From positions 16,182,001 to 16,246,000 of the forward strand of contig OZ024742.1 in NCBI GenBank assembly GCA_964016885.1: DNA of 64,000 bases. The letters run 5' to 3'. The notes under the pieces are model-generated. The model saw nothing but the letters and a program-made list of their open reading frames with translations, searched no databases and was not told the origin of the DNA. Numbering within the stretch: the first letter of the stretch is position 1; each line of letters begins with the position of its first letter. This document shows, piece by piece, positions 1-13,930 of this stretch. This DNA comes from Eledone cirrhosa (taxonomy: Eukaryota). The translations under genes and the position numbers were made by a program.

Positions 1-3000
1 TCAGTGGTACTGTTATGTTCATATCAGTGGTACTGTTATGTTCATATCAGTGGTACTGTTATGTTCCTATCAGTGGTACTATTATGTTCCTATCAGTGGT
101 ACTGTTATGTTCCTATCAATGGTACTGTTATGTTCCTATCAGTGGTACTGTTATGTTCATATCAGTGGTACTGTTATGTTCCTATCAGTGGTACTGTTAT
201 GTTCCTATCAGTGGTACTGTTGTGTTCCTATCAGTGGTACTATTATGTTCCTATCAGTGGTACTATTATGTTCATATCAGTGGTACTATTATGTTCCTAT
301 CAGTGGTACTATTATGTTCATATCAGTGGTACTATTATGTTCATATCAGTGGTACTATTATGTTCCTATCAGTGGTGCTATTATGTTCCTATCAGTGGTA
401 CTGTTATGTTCATATCAGTGGTACTATTATGTTCCTATCAGTGGTACTATTATGTTCCTATCAGTGGTACTGTTACGTTGATATCAGTGGTACTATTATG
501 TTCCTATCAGTGGTACTATTATGTTCCTATCAGTGGTACTGTTATGTTCCTATCACTGGTACTCTTATGTTCCTATCAGTGGTACTGTTATGTTCCTATC
601 AGTGGTACTGTTACGTTCCTATCAGTGGTACTGTTATGTTCATATCAGTGGTACTATTATGTTCATATCAGTGGTACTATTATGTTCCTATCAGTGATAC
701 TATTATGATCCTATCAGTCGTACTATTATGTTATTATCAGTTGTACTCTTATGTTCCTATCAGTTATACTATTATGTTCATATCAGTGGTACTATTATGT
801 ACCTATCAGTGGTACTATTATGTTCCTATCAGTGGTGCTATTATGTTCCTATCATTGGTACTGTTATGTTCATATCAGTGGTACTATTATGTTCCTATCA
901 GTGGTACTATTATGTTCCTATCAGTGGTACTGTTGTGTTCCTATCAGTGGTACTATTATGTTCCTATCAGTGGTACTATTATGTTCATATCAGTGGTACT
1001 CTTATGTTCCTATCAGTGGTACTGTTATGTTCCTATCAGTGGTACTGTTACGTTCCTATCAGTGGTACTGTTATGTTCATATCAGTGGTACTATTATGTT
1101 CATATCAGTGGTACTATTATGTTCATATCAGTGGTACTATTATGTTCCTATCAGTGATACTATTATGATCCTATCAGTCGTACTATTATGTTATTATCAG
1201 TTGTACTCTTATGTTCCTATCAGTGGTACTATTATGTACCTATCAGTGGTACTATTATGTTCCTATCAGTGGTGCTATTATGTTCCTATCATTGGTACTG
1301 TTATGTTCATATCAGTGATACTGTTATGTTCCTATCAGTGCTACTATTATGTTCCTATCAGTGGTACTGTTATGTTCCTATCAGTGGTACTATTATGTTC
1401 CTATCAGTGGTAGTATTATGTTCCTATCAGTGGTAGTATTATGTTCCTATCAGTGGTACTATTATGTTCATATCAGTGGTACTATTATGTTCATATCAGT
1501 GATACTGTTATGTTCCTATCAGTGCTACTATTATGTTCATATCAGTGGTACTATTATGTTCCTATCAGTGGTACTGTTATGTTCCGATCAGTGGTACTAT
1601 TATGTTCATATCAGTGGTACTGTTATGTTTCTATCAGTGGTACTGTTATGTTCCTATCAGTGTCACTATTGTGTTCATATCAGTGGTACTGTTATGTTCA
1701 TATCAGCGGTACTATTATGTTCATATCTGTTGTACTCTTATGTTCCTATTAGTGGTACTATTATATTCATATCAGTGGTACTGTTATGTTCCTATGAGTG
1801 GTACTATTATGTTCATATCAGTGGTACTGTTACGTTCCTATCAGTGGTAGTGTTATGTTCCTGTCGTGGTACTGTTTTGTTCCTATCAGTGGTACTGTTA
1901 CGTTGATATCAGTGGTACTGTTATGTTCATATCAGTGGTACTATTCTGTTCCTATCAGTGGTACTGTTATGTTTCTATCAGTAGTACTGTTATGTTCCTA
2001 TCAGTGGTACTGTTATGTTCATATCAGTGGTACTATTATGTTCCTATCAGTGGTACTGTTATGTTCATATCAGTGGTACTATTATGTTCATATCAGTGAT
2101 ACTGTTATGTTCATATCAGTGGTACTCTTATGTTCCTATCACTGGTACTATTATGTTCCTATCAGTGGTACTATTATGTTCCTATCAGTGGTACTGTTAT
2201 GTTCATATCAGTGGTACTGTTATGTTCCTATCAGTGGTACTATTATGTTCATATCAGTGGTACTATTATTTTCCCATCAGTGGTACAATTCTGTTCGTAT
2301 CAGTGGTACTGTTATGTTCCTATCAGTGGTACTGTTATGTTCATATCAGTGGTACTATTATGTTCCTATCAGTGGTACTATTATGTTCCTATCAGTGGTA
2401 CTATTATGTTCCTATCTGTTGTACTGTTATGTTCCTATCAGTTATACTATCATGTTACTATGAGTGGTACTATTATTTTCATATCAGTTGTACTGTTATG
2501 TTCATATCAGTGGTACTGTTATGTTCCTATCAGTGGTACTGTTATGTTCCTATCAATGGTGCTGTTATGTTCCTATCAGTGGTACTGTTATGTTCATATC
2601 AGTGGTACTGTTATGTTCCTATCAGTGGTACTGTTATGTTCCTATCAGTGGTACTGTTGTGTTCCTATCAGTGGTACTATTATGTTCCTATCAGTGGTAC
2701 TATTATGTTCATATCAGTGGTACTATTATGTTCCTATCAGTGGTACTATTATGTTCATATCAGTGGTACTGTTATGTTTCTATCAGTGGTACTGTTATGT
2801 TCCTATCAGTGTCACTATTGTGTTCATATCAGTGGTACTGTTATGTTCATATCAGCGGTACTATTATGTTCATATCTGTTGTACTCTTATGTTCCTATTA
2901 GTGGTACTATTATATTCATATCAGTGGTACTGTTATGTTCCTATGAGTGGTACTATTATGTTCATATCAGTGGTATAGTTATGTTCCTATCAGTGGTACT

Positions 3001-6000
3001 ATTATGTTCCTATCAGTGGTACTATTATTTTCATATCAGTGGTACTGTTATGTTCATATCAGTGGTACTGTTATGTTCATATCAGCGGTACTATTATGTT
3101 CCTATCAGTGGTACTATTATGTTCCTATCAGTGGTACTGTTGTGTTCCTATCAGTGGTACTGTTATGTTCCTATCAGTGGTACTCTTATGTTCCTATCAG
3201 TGGTACTCTTATGTTCCTATCAGTGGTACTGTTATGTTCCTATCATTGGTACTGTTATGTTCATATCAGTGGTACTATTATGTTCATATCAGTGGTACTA
3301 TTATGTTCATATAAGTGGTACTATTATGTTCCTATCAGTGATACTATTATGATCCTATCAGTTATACTATTATGTTACTATCAGTGGTACTATTATGTTC
3401 ATATAAGTTATACTATTATGTTCCTATCAGTGCTACTATTATGTTCCTGTCAGTGGTACTGTTATGTTCCTATCAGTGGTAGTATTATGTTCCTATCAGT
3501 GGTACTATTATGTTCATATCAGTGGTACTATTATGTTCATATCAGTGGTACTGTTATGTTCATATCAGTGGTACTGTTATGTTCCTATCAGTGGTACTGT
3601 TATGCTCCTATCAGTGGTACTGTTATGTTCCTATCAGTGGTACTGTTATGTTCCTATCAGTGGTACTGTTATGTTCCTATCAGTGGTACTATTATGTTCA
3701 TATCAGTGGTACTGTTATGTTTCTATCAGTGGTACTGTTATGTTCCTATCAGTGGTACTATTATGTTCATGTCAGTGGTACTGTTATGTTCATATCAGCG
3801 GTACTATTATGTTCATATCAGTTGTACTCTTATGTTCCTATAAGTGGTACTATTATGTTCATATCAGTGGTACTGTTACGTTCCTATCAGTGGTAGTGTT
3901 ATGTTCCTGTCCGTGGTACTGTTATGTTCCTATCAGTGGTACTGTTACGTTGATATCAGTGGTACTATTCTGTTCCTATCAGTGGTACTGTTATGTTCCT
4001 ATCAGTAGTACTGTTATGTTCCTATCAGTGGTACTGTTATGTTCATATCAGTGGTACTATTATGTTCATATCAGTGGTACTATTATTTTCCCATCAGTGG
4101 TACAATTATGTTCCTATCAGTGGTACTGTTATGTTCATATCAGTGGTACTATTATGTTCCTATCAGTGGTACTGTTATTTTCATATCAGTGGTACTGTTA
4201 TGTTCATATCAGTGGTACTATTATGTTCCTATCAGTCGTACTATTATGTTCCTATCTGTTGTACTGTTATGTTCCTATCAGTGGTACTGTTATGTTCATA
4301 TCAGTGGTACTATTATGTTCCTATCAGTCGTACTATTATGTTCCTATCTGTTGTACTGTTATGTTCCTATCAGTGGTACTATCATGTTACTATCAGTGGT
4401 ACTATTATGTTCATATCAGTGGTACTGTTATGTTCCTATCAGTGGTATTTTTATGTTCATATCAGTGGTACTATTATGTACATATCAGTGGTATAGTTAT
4501 GTTCCTATCAGTGGTACTATTATGTTCCTATCAGTGGTACTGTTATGTTCCTATCAATGGTACTGTTATGTTCCTATCAGTGGTACTATTATGTTCATAT
4601 CAGTGGTACTATTATGTTCATATCAGTGGTATAGTTATGTTCCTATCAGTGGTACTATTATGTTCCTATCAGTGGTACTATTATTTTCATATCAGTGGTA
4701 CTGTTATGTTCATATCAGTGGTACTGTTATTTTCATATCAGTGGTACTGTTATGTTCCTATCAGTGGTACTATTATGTTCCTATCAGTGGTACTGTTATG
4801 TTCCTATCAATGGTACTGTTATGTTCCTATCAGTGGTACTGTTATGTTCATATCAGTGGTACTGTTATGTTCCTATCAGTGGTACTGTTATGTTCCTATC
4901 AGTGGTACTCTTGTGTTCCTATCAGTGGTACTATTATGTTCCTATCAGTGGTACTATTATGTTCATATCAGTGGTACTGTTATGTTCCTATCAGTGGTAC
5001 TATTATGTTCATATCAGTGGTACTATTATGTTCATATCAGTGGTACTATTATGTTCATATCAGTGGTACTATTATGTTCATATCAGTGGTACTATTATGT
5101 ACCTATCAGTGGTACTATTATGTTCCTATCAGTGGCGCTATTATGTTCCTGTCAGTGGTACTGTTATGTTCATATCAGTGGTACTATTATGTTCCTATCA
5201 GTGGTACTATTATGTTCCTATCAGTGGTACTGTTGTGTTCCTATCAGTGGTACTATTATGCTCCTATCAGTGGTACTATTATGTTCATATCAGTGGTACT
5301 ATTATGTTCATATCAGTGGTATAGTTATGTTCCTATCAGTGGTACTATTATGTTCCTATCAGTGGTACTATTATTTTCATATCAGTGGTACTGTTATGTT
5401 CATATCAGTGGTACTGTTATTTTCATATCAGTGGTACTGTTATGTTCCTATCAGTGGTACTGTTATGTTCATATCAGTGGTACTGTTATTTTCATATCAG
5501 TGGTACTGTTATGTTCCTATCAGTGGTACTATTATGTTCCTATCAGTGGTACTGTTATGTTCCTATCAATGGTACTGTTATGTTCCTATCAGTGGTACTG
5601 TTATGTTCATATCAGTGGTACTGTTATGTTCCTATCAGTGGTACTGTTATGTTCCTATCAGTGGTACTGTTGTGTTCCTATCAGTGGTACTATTATGTTC
5701 CTATCAGTGGTACTATTATGTTCATATCAGTGGTACTATTATGTTCCTATCAGTGGTACTATTATGTTCATATCAGTGGTACTATTATGTTCATATCAGT
5801 GGTACTATTATGTACCTATCAGTGGTACTATTATGTTCCTATCAGTGGCGCTATTATGTTCCTATCAGTGGTACTGTTATGTTCATATCAGTGGTACTAT
5901 TATGTTCCTATCAGTGGTACTATTATGTTCCTATCAGTGGTACTGTTGTGTTCCTATCAGTGGTACTATTATGCTCCTATCAGTGGTACTATTATGTTCA

Positions 6001-6336
6001 TATCAGTGGTACTATTATGTTCCTATCAGTGGTACTATTATGTTCCCATCAGTGGTACTATTATGTTCCTATCAGTGGTACTGTTATGTTCCTATCAGTG
6101 GTACTGTTATGTTCCTATCAGTGGTACTGTTATGTTCATATCAGTGGTACTGTTAAGTTCCTATCAGTGGTACTGTTATGTTCCTATCAGTGGTACTCTT
6201 ATGTTCCTATCAGTGGTACTGTTATGTTCCTATCAGTGATACTATTATGTTCCTATCAGTTGTACTGTTATGTTCATATCAGTGGTACTGTTATGTTCCT
6301 ATCTGTGGTACTGTTATGTTCATATCAGTGGTACTG
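1..6336. repeat. 23-bp tandem satellite, consensus TCAGTGGTACT(A/G)TTATGTTC(A/C)TA; runs off the window start
   Basis: The unit repeats continuously with scattered substitutions and explains all overlapping MFLSVVLLCSYQW ORFs. Confidence 0.98.
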
Positions 6337-6362
6337 TTCAAAAACCTCGCAAAATAAAAAAA

Positions 6363-6413
<51 letters not shown>

Positions 6414-6414
6414 A

Positions 6415-7059
6415 ATTAAGTTAAAAATGTACATCTACATATGCATACTGAAATACTAGTATGCATATGAATACACACACGTATACATATGTAGATGTAC
6501 CAAGTCTTTCACTGGTTACTTTACTGTGAGTATCCAGCTATTCTGTATGTAAACACACAGACAAACCGGTTTTTAGTGTCATACTGGTTTTTGAGGAAAC
6601 ACCTTTCCTCTATTCTCCAGAAAGCCAGACAAGGAATATTGAACTAGTTTCGTTGTTGGAGAATCGTAAAAGCACATATCGTTATATGCTTTTTCTATGA
6701 AAATTCATAATTTTCATTATTTTCATAATTTTCATAGAAAAAGCATATAACGATATGTGCTTTTACGATTCTCCAGAAAGGCCGGTAGATAGGTAAATAT
6801 TGCTGATGAGTTGTAACAACAACGAAACTAGTTCAATATTCCTTGTCTGGCTTTCTGGAGAATAGAGGAAAGGTGTTTCCTCAAAAACCAGTATGACTCT
6901 AAAAACCGGTTTGTCTGTGTGTTTACATACAGAATAGCTGGATACTCACAGTAAAGTAACCAGTGAAAGACTTGGTACATCTACATATGTATACGTGTGT
7001 GTATTCATATGCATACTAGTATTTCAGTATGCATATGTAGATGTACATTTTTAACTTAA
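6415..7059. mobile_element. Nested fold-back non-coding element (PLE pseudo-LTR-like) carrying a hammerhead
   Basis: About 6415-6657 is the reverse complement of about 6818-7059, with a second inner inverted pair at about 6658-6708/6724-6775. Flanked by (TA)n. Confidence 0.8.
6796..6840 (+). ncRNA. Minimal type I hammerhead ribozyme
   Basis: AATATTG-CTGATGA-GTTGT(AACA)ACAAC-GAAA-CTAG-TT-CAATATT: 7-bp stem I, 5-bp stem II, palindromic stem III AACTAGTT, GUU site. Confidence 0.88.
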
Positions 7060-7339
7060 GTGTTTAAGCGTCAGTCATACAAAAGTGAGTTACAAACGAA
7101 ACGAAATTTAATTTCGTTTCGTTATTTGTTTTTATATATATATATATATGTATGTATGTAACAGGTAAACATATATAACAATACAATCGGTACAGTATAT
7201 GGAAGGGATATATTAAGTTAACGCTTTATATAGCAGGAAGTTCTTAACGTTTCTATACTCTACGTTTATATAGAATCAATCTTTCTAGAGCCTATATAAA
7301 ATACGATCGCGAATAGAAGCAGCGTAATTGGGCTTCCCC

Positions 7340-7990
7340 AGAAGTGTCTTTGGAGTAATGTTACTCGATAAAGTGCGTAGCTTTGAGATCAGAGAGGCAC
7401 TCCAAGTAGTGTAGCTAGTGAATGGAGTTCTAGTGAAGCAGTTAGAGAAGTTCAAGTATCCGGGGCCACTGTTCATGAGTGATCGAATGCAATTGGCTGA
7501 ATTAAGTGCAAGAATTGCAAAAGCAGATGCAGTAATGCACCAACCTCAGCATTCAGCAATCAGAAGGGAGGTATGTGTAAAAGCCAAACTCGCTGTCTTC
7601 CTGGTTTTCCTGCAAACTCTTACCGAGGATCATTCATCTTGGGTATTGACCAAAAGAATACAATTGCAAATAAAAGCGGCAGAAATAGGATTCCTCTGAA
7701 GGGTCTGTGGAGTAACGTAACTCGATAAAGTGCATAGCTCAGAGACCAGAGAGGCACTCCAGGTAGTATAGCTATTTCTCTGACTTGGGCATGTAGTTAG
7801 AATGTCTCAGTAAAGAATTGCTGGACAGATTTTATGGGCAAAACCAGCTGGCAAGAGACCCAGAAGTAGACCTTGAGCAAGATGATTGGATAACATCCAT
7901 GAGCTTATCTGGTCTTCCTTAGGGATCCAGCTGGCAGGAGTGTCTGATGACTCTTCCCCCACGACCCTTTCGGGAATAAGTAGGCGAAGA
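7340..7990 (+). pseudogene. Decayed RTE-type LINE 3' fragment (C-terminal RT region)
   Basis: Translation KFKYPG..ARIAKA..SWVLTKRIQLQIKAAEIGFL*RVCGVT and GKRPRSRP resemble the RTE C-terminus, with stops. Confidence 0.7.
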
Positions 7991-8254
7991 AGAAACTTGA
8001 TTTTACTTTTGTTTATAAAAAGCAAAACAAAACAAAGCCATTTGCCACTGATATTGTGAATGTTGTTGTTGTTGTTGTTGTTGTTCACAATATATTTTAT
8101 TCAGTATTTTGGTTTACTTTTCTTTCTAAAATGTTGTCATCTCAGTTTCTCCCCTTCACCTCTTTCGCTGTCTACTGATTCTGCTCTTTCTTTCTCTCTC
8201 TCTCTCCCAACCTCTCCCCTGTTTCTACACCCCCCTGCTGTATATATGTGTGTA

Positions 8255-8309
<55 letters not shown>

Positions 8310-8325
8310 TATATATATATAATAT

Positions 8326-8407
<82 letters not shown>

Positions 8408-8954
8408 AACATGTATATCTTAACGGCTTGACTCCATGAAATTCCCATGCAAGGAAGCCTTCCACGCGGCGGATGGAGATTTTCCTCGGGTCATGTAGAT
8501 AAGTTGTAAGATCACTAATCGAGTTTCTTAGGAAACTTCGAGGTAAGATTGAACAAACGGCTATATGATACATGGAATTTAATTTAAATGACTTATAATG
8601 TTATCTATCCGGATTTTCTTTGCATTGATTGTGATTTCATCGCAGGTCTACCGGGATCCTTGCTTTTACATTTTGTTTCTCTTCAAGTTTTACTGTTTCG
8701 CTTTACATACATACATAATTACATGCATTCGTATATACATGCTTATATACATACATACATAAATGCATACGTACATACGTATATTCATACATACATGCAT
8801 ACATACATACATAGATACATACATACATACTTATATATATATATATATTACACACACACACTCTCTCTCCTACACACATGCATGTATATACACACACACA
8901 CACATATATATATATGTATGTAATATAAATATATATGTTTGTATGTAATATATG

Positions 8955-9016
<62 letters not shown>

Positions 9017-9028
9017 TGCCATACACAT

Positions 9029-9113
<85 letters not shown>

Positions 9114-9351
9114 CTTCTATCGTTTGCCACTGTCGCCTATTTGGTGCTTACATTGCAGTTGGGCTTAATTTTATGGATAAGGAAAGGCTTTAAATAACCA
9201 AACAAACAAAATTTTGTAAACAAGCTGCCATTTTGGAAATCTCAAATATAAACAGGAATAGGCAAACAGAAGTTTCTGTGTCTTTTTAAATATACTTTTT
9301 CCTGAACAACACACACACATGTTTATATGCATATATATATATATATATATA

Positions 9352-9567
9352 TAGGAAAAAGTATGACCCCGACGGCAGAGCTCGAGCCGTTTCGACTAAA
9401 TTAGTCCAGAAATAGCCGTCTAAACGGCTTCAGCTCTGCCGTCGGGGTCATACTTTTTCCTATTTCCCACTCTACTACCCTAAGTATTGAGTACTCTGGT
9501 GCGTTATGGTCCATCTGGTTCCTTACCACAATTCCTTTGTTATATATATATATATATATATACACAG

Positions 9568-9599
<32 letters not shown>

Positions 9600-9905
9600 G
9601 TATATTTATATTGATAAACACACACACACACACACATTGAAATATATATGTATGATGTATATGTATGCATATGTATATCTATATATATATATATATCACG
9701 AAGGAAGTGTGGTAAGGAATCAGGTGGACCATAACGCACCAGAGTACTCGATACTTTGGGTAGTAGAGTGGGTAATAGGAAAAGGTTTATAACTCCGACG
9801 GCAGAACTCAAGCCGTTTCGACGGCTATTTTTGGACTAAATTAGTCCAGAAACAGCCGACGACACGGCTTGAACTCTGCCGTCGGGGTCCTGAACCTTTT
9901 CCTAT
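9352..9905. mobile_element. Inverted fragments of the HHR-bearing repeat family also at 37270-38910 and 55630-55790
   Basis: Shared GACCCCGACGGCAGAGCTCAAGCCGTTTCGAC and GTGGTAAGGAACCAGGTGGACCATAACGCACC segments in both orientations; only the GAAA/stem III half of the HHR is retained. Confidence 0.75.
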
Positions 9906-10015
9906 ATATATATATATATATGTATGCAAAAGGTAAACAAAAATAACAAAACAAACGACATTGTACAATGAAAAAATATTTTATTAGTTTTACATTTGAT
10001 ATAGTAGGAAAAGTG

Positions 10016-10050
10016 TCTTAATGTTTCCGACGGTAGTCCTTCATCAGAAA
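10016..10050 (-). ncRNA. Degenerate type I hammerhead, same family as 55375-55412
   Basis: Minus strand TTT-CTGATGA-A-GGAC(TACC)GTCG-GAAA-CATTA-AGA; the downstream TTCCTACTA..TAAAACTAATA is shared with the 55.4 kb copy. Confidence 0.5.
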
Positions 10051-11107
10051 ATTGAATGAGAAATTAAAGAAGAAATAGAAAGATAGAGGAGAGTGGGAAG
10101 TGGCAGAAACGAAATAAAAAACATGTCTTAAACTCTTCTGTTATGATCTGGAGAGCAATGATAAACAGAAGTAGACCGAAGACTGAGCTCTGGTGAACCC
10201 TCACCTGGACATCAAATTCATCATTTTACTCATTGCTAACCCTCACCCAGCTTGCTGGAACTCAATACATAGTTTCACAGCCCCCGGTAGATAGTTGCTA
10301 ACTCCTAGCTTCCTTAGTGCCCAGCAGATTACAGTGCGGAAGACCCTGTTAAAGGCTTTAACTCGTACTCCTCTTTTAGTTGTCTGATAAGGAAGTGCAC
10401 ATAGGTCGTACTGTTACCTGGTATAAAGCCGTGTATGTATACACACAAACACACAAACACACATAAACGTATACAACAAACCTAAACCAACGAAGATCTA
10501 CCACATACATACAATTACACAACTACTAGCACCACTTCTAACATAATAAAACAATGACCACCACAAGTAAATCAGCCATGAAATACTTTATGACTAATCG
10601 ACAAAACCTGAAGCTCGCAATTAAGAAATAAATCTAAACTAACTTTAAGGATATCAAAGATAGACGATAATGCAATAAAACCTAACCTGCTATACTCGTA
10701 CAAAAGGACAAACTTCATCAGGCCACAATTGTCGTCAATATCCAGGTTCCATCAAATGTTGTGACTCCTGGATAAATTATCACCATATACTCTGTAGAGT
10801 ACTTAATTATAAACTTACCAAACCAGACATAGAAATACTTAGCTACTAGCACCACTTTTAACATAATAAAACACCGTCTACCACAAGTAAATCCACCATA
10901 TTTGGTGGCTGTCATCCATGCATCCGAAACCCCACTGACCACTAAGAAAAGAAAATTAAACTAAATTAACCGAAACCTGAAATAACCGCTCCCTAAACCG
11001 AGTAAATATGATGTAATTCAGAATCAATCATTAGATTCAGAACCAATAATAAAGTAAATTTAACCAAACCAACGATAGAATCCAAATACATTAAACATAT
11101 GACTGAA

Positions 11108-11299
11108 GGGCAGTGGATTGGCAGTATCGGTAGAGGGTCGGATGCCATGCTTTGAAGCATAGAGTTACCTCCCTTTATGGTCTGAGTTCAAATCCCGCCG
11201 AGGTTAACTTTGCCTTTCATCCTTACGGGGTCGATAAAATAAAGTACCAGTAATGTACTGGGTAATTGCTGGCCTTATGCCAAAAGTAGAAACAATTAA
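11108..11299 (+). mobile_element. tRNA-derived SINE family A (Nin/Deu-like central domain)
   Basis: A-box-like TGGCAGTATCGG, B-box GAGTTCAAATCC, core GCCTTTCATCCTTACGGGGTCGATAAAAT; about 11 copies in the window. Confidence 0.85.
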
Positions 11300-11452
11300 A
11301 CATATATACAGGGTGTCCCCAAGAAATATATACATACTTTGATTACTTGTACAGGCTAGAATGCTGTTGAAGTGTGTATACATTGTTTGGGGACATATAT
11401 ACGTACATTAAATTATTTCTTTGAAATATATATTCTTTGTTTATCAATGAAT

Positions 11453-11642
11453 AATTGTTTCTACTTTTGGCACAAGGCCAGCAAATACCCAGTGCATTAC
11501 TGGTACTTTATTTTATCGACCCTGTAAGGATGAAAGGTAAAGTTAACCTCGGCGGGATTTGAACTCAAAATGGCAAAGGCCGTAACTCGATGCGTCAAAG
11601 CATGGCGTCCGACCCTCTACCGATACTGCCATTCCACCGCCC
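11453..11642 (-). mobile_element. SINE family A copy, tail-to-tail with 11108-11299
   Basis: Reverse-complement match to the family A consensus. Confidence 0.85.
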
Positions 11643-11867
11643 AATAGAATGAATTTATCAATGAATAATGTTTATTGAATTAAAGAGCACAATCGATATG
11701 TTGAAGGAGAGATTTTGTTGATTAGAGTCGATGGATTCAACATTGAAACTATTTCACTTCACGTACGTAGTTAACTCCGAGGAAAGTAATATTCCGTATA
11801 AATAGCTTCTTCTTGATTTCTACATAGAATTGTGGTTTTATGATTCAGTAGGAAACCAATACTCTCA

Positions 11868-12007
11868 TATGTCTGTGTGTGTGACAGCTCATACCTATGT
11901 GTGTGTGTGACAGCTCACACCTATGTGTGTGTGTGTGACAGCTCACACCTATGTGTGTGTGTGACAGCTCACACCTATGTGTGTGTGTGTGAGAGCTCAC
12001 ACCTATG
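11868..12007. repeat. Minisatellite GTGACAGCTCACACCTAT(GT)n, about 5 units
   Basis: Direct tandem units of about 26-30 bp. Confidence 0.85.
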
Positions 12008-12064
12008 CAGGTTTAGCTGGCCTCCTCCAAGGTATATCTCGTTGGAGGTGTCTTGGGTGATTTA

Positions 12065-12234
12065 ATGATAGGGACTCCAGTCCTATCATCTCAATTCTAC
12101 AGCTGAGTAAACTGGAGTAACGTGAAATAAAGTGTCTTGCTCAAGGAAACAACACATCACCTGATCCGAGAATTGAACTCACAACCTTTTGATTGCAAGT
12201 CTAATGCTCTAACCACTCAGCCATGTGCCTTCAC
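12065..12234 (-). mobile_element. tRNA-derived CORE-like SINE family B
   Basis: Minus strand TGGCTGAGTGGTTAGAGC (A box), GAGTTCAATTC (B box), TCCTTGAGCAAGACACTT (MIR/CORE-like). Confidence 0.75.
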
Positions 12235-12998
12235 AATACTCTCATCTAGGGTTAAATAACCTGGTTAAGGCAGTGGAATGGAAAGGACCTCTGTCGGTTT
12301 CGATTATGAATGATCCAGTTGTTCGATCAACATGGGTGGGTCATTGCATGCTCATAAATATATCGTGCAAATAGCTGAACATTCCACAAAGACGTGTACT
12401 TTTAATGTAACTTTCAAGGAAATTCAGCGTGACAGCGTGGGACAAAGCTGATATTTTGAATGAAGTAAAAACAAGTAAAATCCATCCAACGGCATTCCAA
12501 ACAGTGTCTGTCTACTCAATTTCTATCACAAGTCATGGGTCAACCCGAGGTTATGGTAAACAACACTTGCCCAAGGTGCCATGCGGTGATATAAAACATT
12601 GAAGCGAATGATTCGATTTATCTTTATCTGGAAACGTGGTAAGGCCTATATATTACCACTGCTTTCAATAACATAATTGTTGTTTAACACACACACACAC
12701 ACACACACCTGTATATATTCACAAATATCGAAGATGTTTCTGTACGCGAGGCAGTATGTCTGTTTAAGTATATAAACACACACAAAATATATTAATGCTC
12801 AGTGCACGCTTGTGTTTCAGGTGTATTTTGCGGTTTAGAAGTGTTCGTAAACGTGTGTGTTTAGTTGTGTAAATGACTTGTGTGGTTGATATATAATTTT
12901 AGACGTTAGTAATATTTAAGAACTGCTATAGAAAGACGCCAGGGAAGACAAAAAACAAATTCTCTGTAATTGAAGTAAACTATACTGAAAATACAATC

Positions 12999-13180
12999 GG
13001 GGAAAGTTTGTACGACCCCAAATACTCTCGGGAAAGGTTTGTACGACCCTAAATACTCTTGGGAAAAGTTTGTACGACCGCAAATACTCCCGGAAAAGGT
13101 TTGTACGACCCCAAATACTCCCGGGAAAGGTTTGTACGACCTAAAATACTCTCGGAAAAGGTTTCTACAACCCAAAATAT
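12999..13180. repeat. 31-bp minisatellite GGGAAAGGTTTGTACGACCCCAAATACTCTC, about 6 units
   Basis: TACGAC recurs at 13011, 13042, 13073, 13104 and 13135. Confidence 0.92.
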
Positions 13181-13639
13181 GTCTTGTTTTCCCGAGAGAG
13201 TGAACAAATCTGGAAGTTATTGCATTCAAATTTAACTATTTTTTTTTACATTTCTATGCGATACCCGAAGACGTTTATTCTTGAGAAACTCAACAGATTA
13301 CAGAAATACATTTCTGGTATCATTTGTTTCATTACAAAGAGCCCCTTATCTCCAGGAGAGGTTTGTTGTTAATTAGTCACTGTTAATGAGGTAGATACAA
13401 CACGTACAATGTATGATTCCGTCTTTAAAGACGGCAATGAAAGACGGTAACATACCAATGTGTGATTTCAATAAGTCAAGCGACCAACCGGAGGCTCCAA
13501 AGTATGGTGAGATTGGAATAATCGTTAGAGCGTCAGACAAAATGCCTTACGCTATTTAGTTATGGCTTTTTATGTCTTGAATTCAAGACTCACCGTGGCT
13601 AATAGAACTGATATTGCACTAATTGCTAGAATAAAGTCC

Positions 13640-13930
13640 AAGTCTAAATTCTGTCTCAAGCCAGACAGGTTCGTCAGATTGGGGGGGGGGAGCTATCCCG
13701 GTTTCATGGCGCGAAGGGAATGAGAACACAAAACTCACTCCCGGATATGACGCCAGTCCATCGCAGGGTTAAATCCCCAGCTATTGCTGGTATTAATTTT
13801 CAGCTGAGTATATTGGAGCAACGCGAAATGAAGTGTTTTGCTCAAGAACACAACACATAAACCAGCCCAGGAATCGAACCCACGACATTACGATCGTAAG
13901 TCCAACACACTTACCATTGGGTAACGCGCT
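13640..13930 (-). mobile_element. CORE-like SINE family B copy
   Basis: GGTTCGATTCC B box and TTCTTGAGCAAAACACTT core on the minus strand; matches 19410-19700. Confidence 0.75.

Noticed and set aside
4-6424. Long Cys/Tyr/Val-rich ORFs up to 986 aa
   Set aside because: All three frames of a stop-free 23-bp satellite give the same peptide; no evidence of a gene.
7945-7980. CTGATGA followed by a hairpin
   Set aside because: No GAAA/stem III/stem I arrangement; it lies in the RTE 3' tail.
12999-13180. CRISPR-like 31-bp repeats
   Set aside because: Head-to-tail with no unique spacers, in a eukaryotic context with no cas genes.
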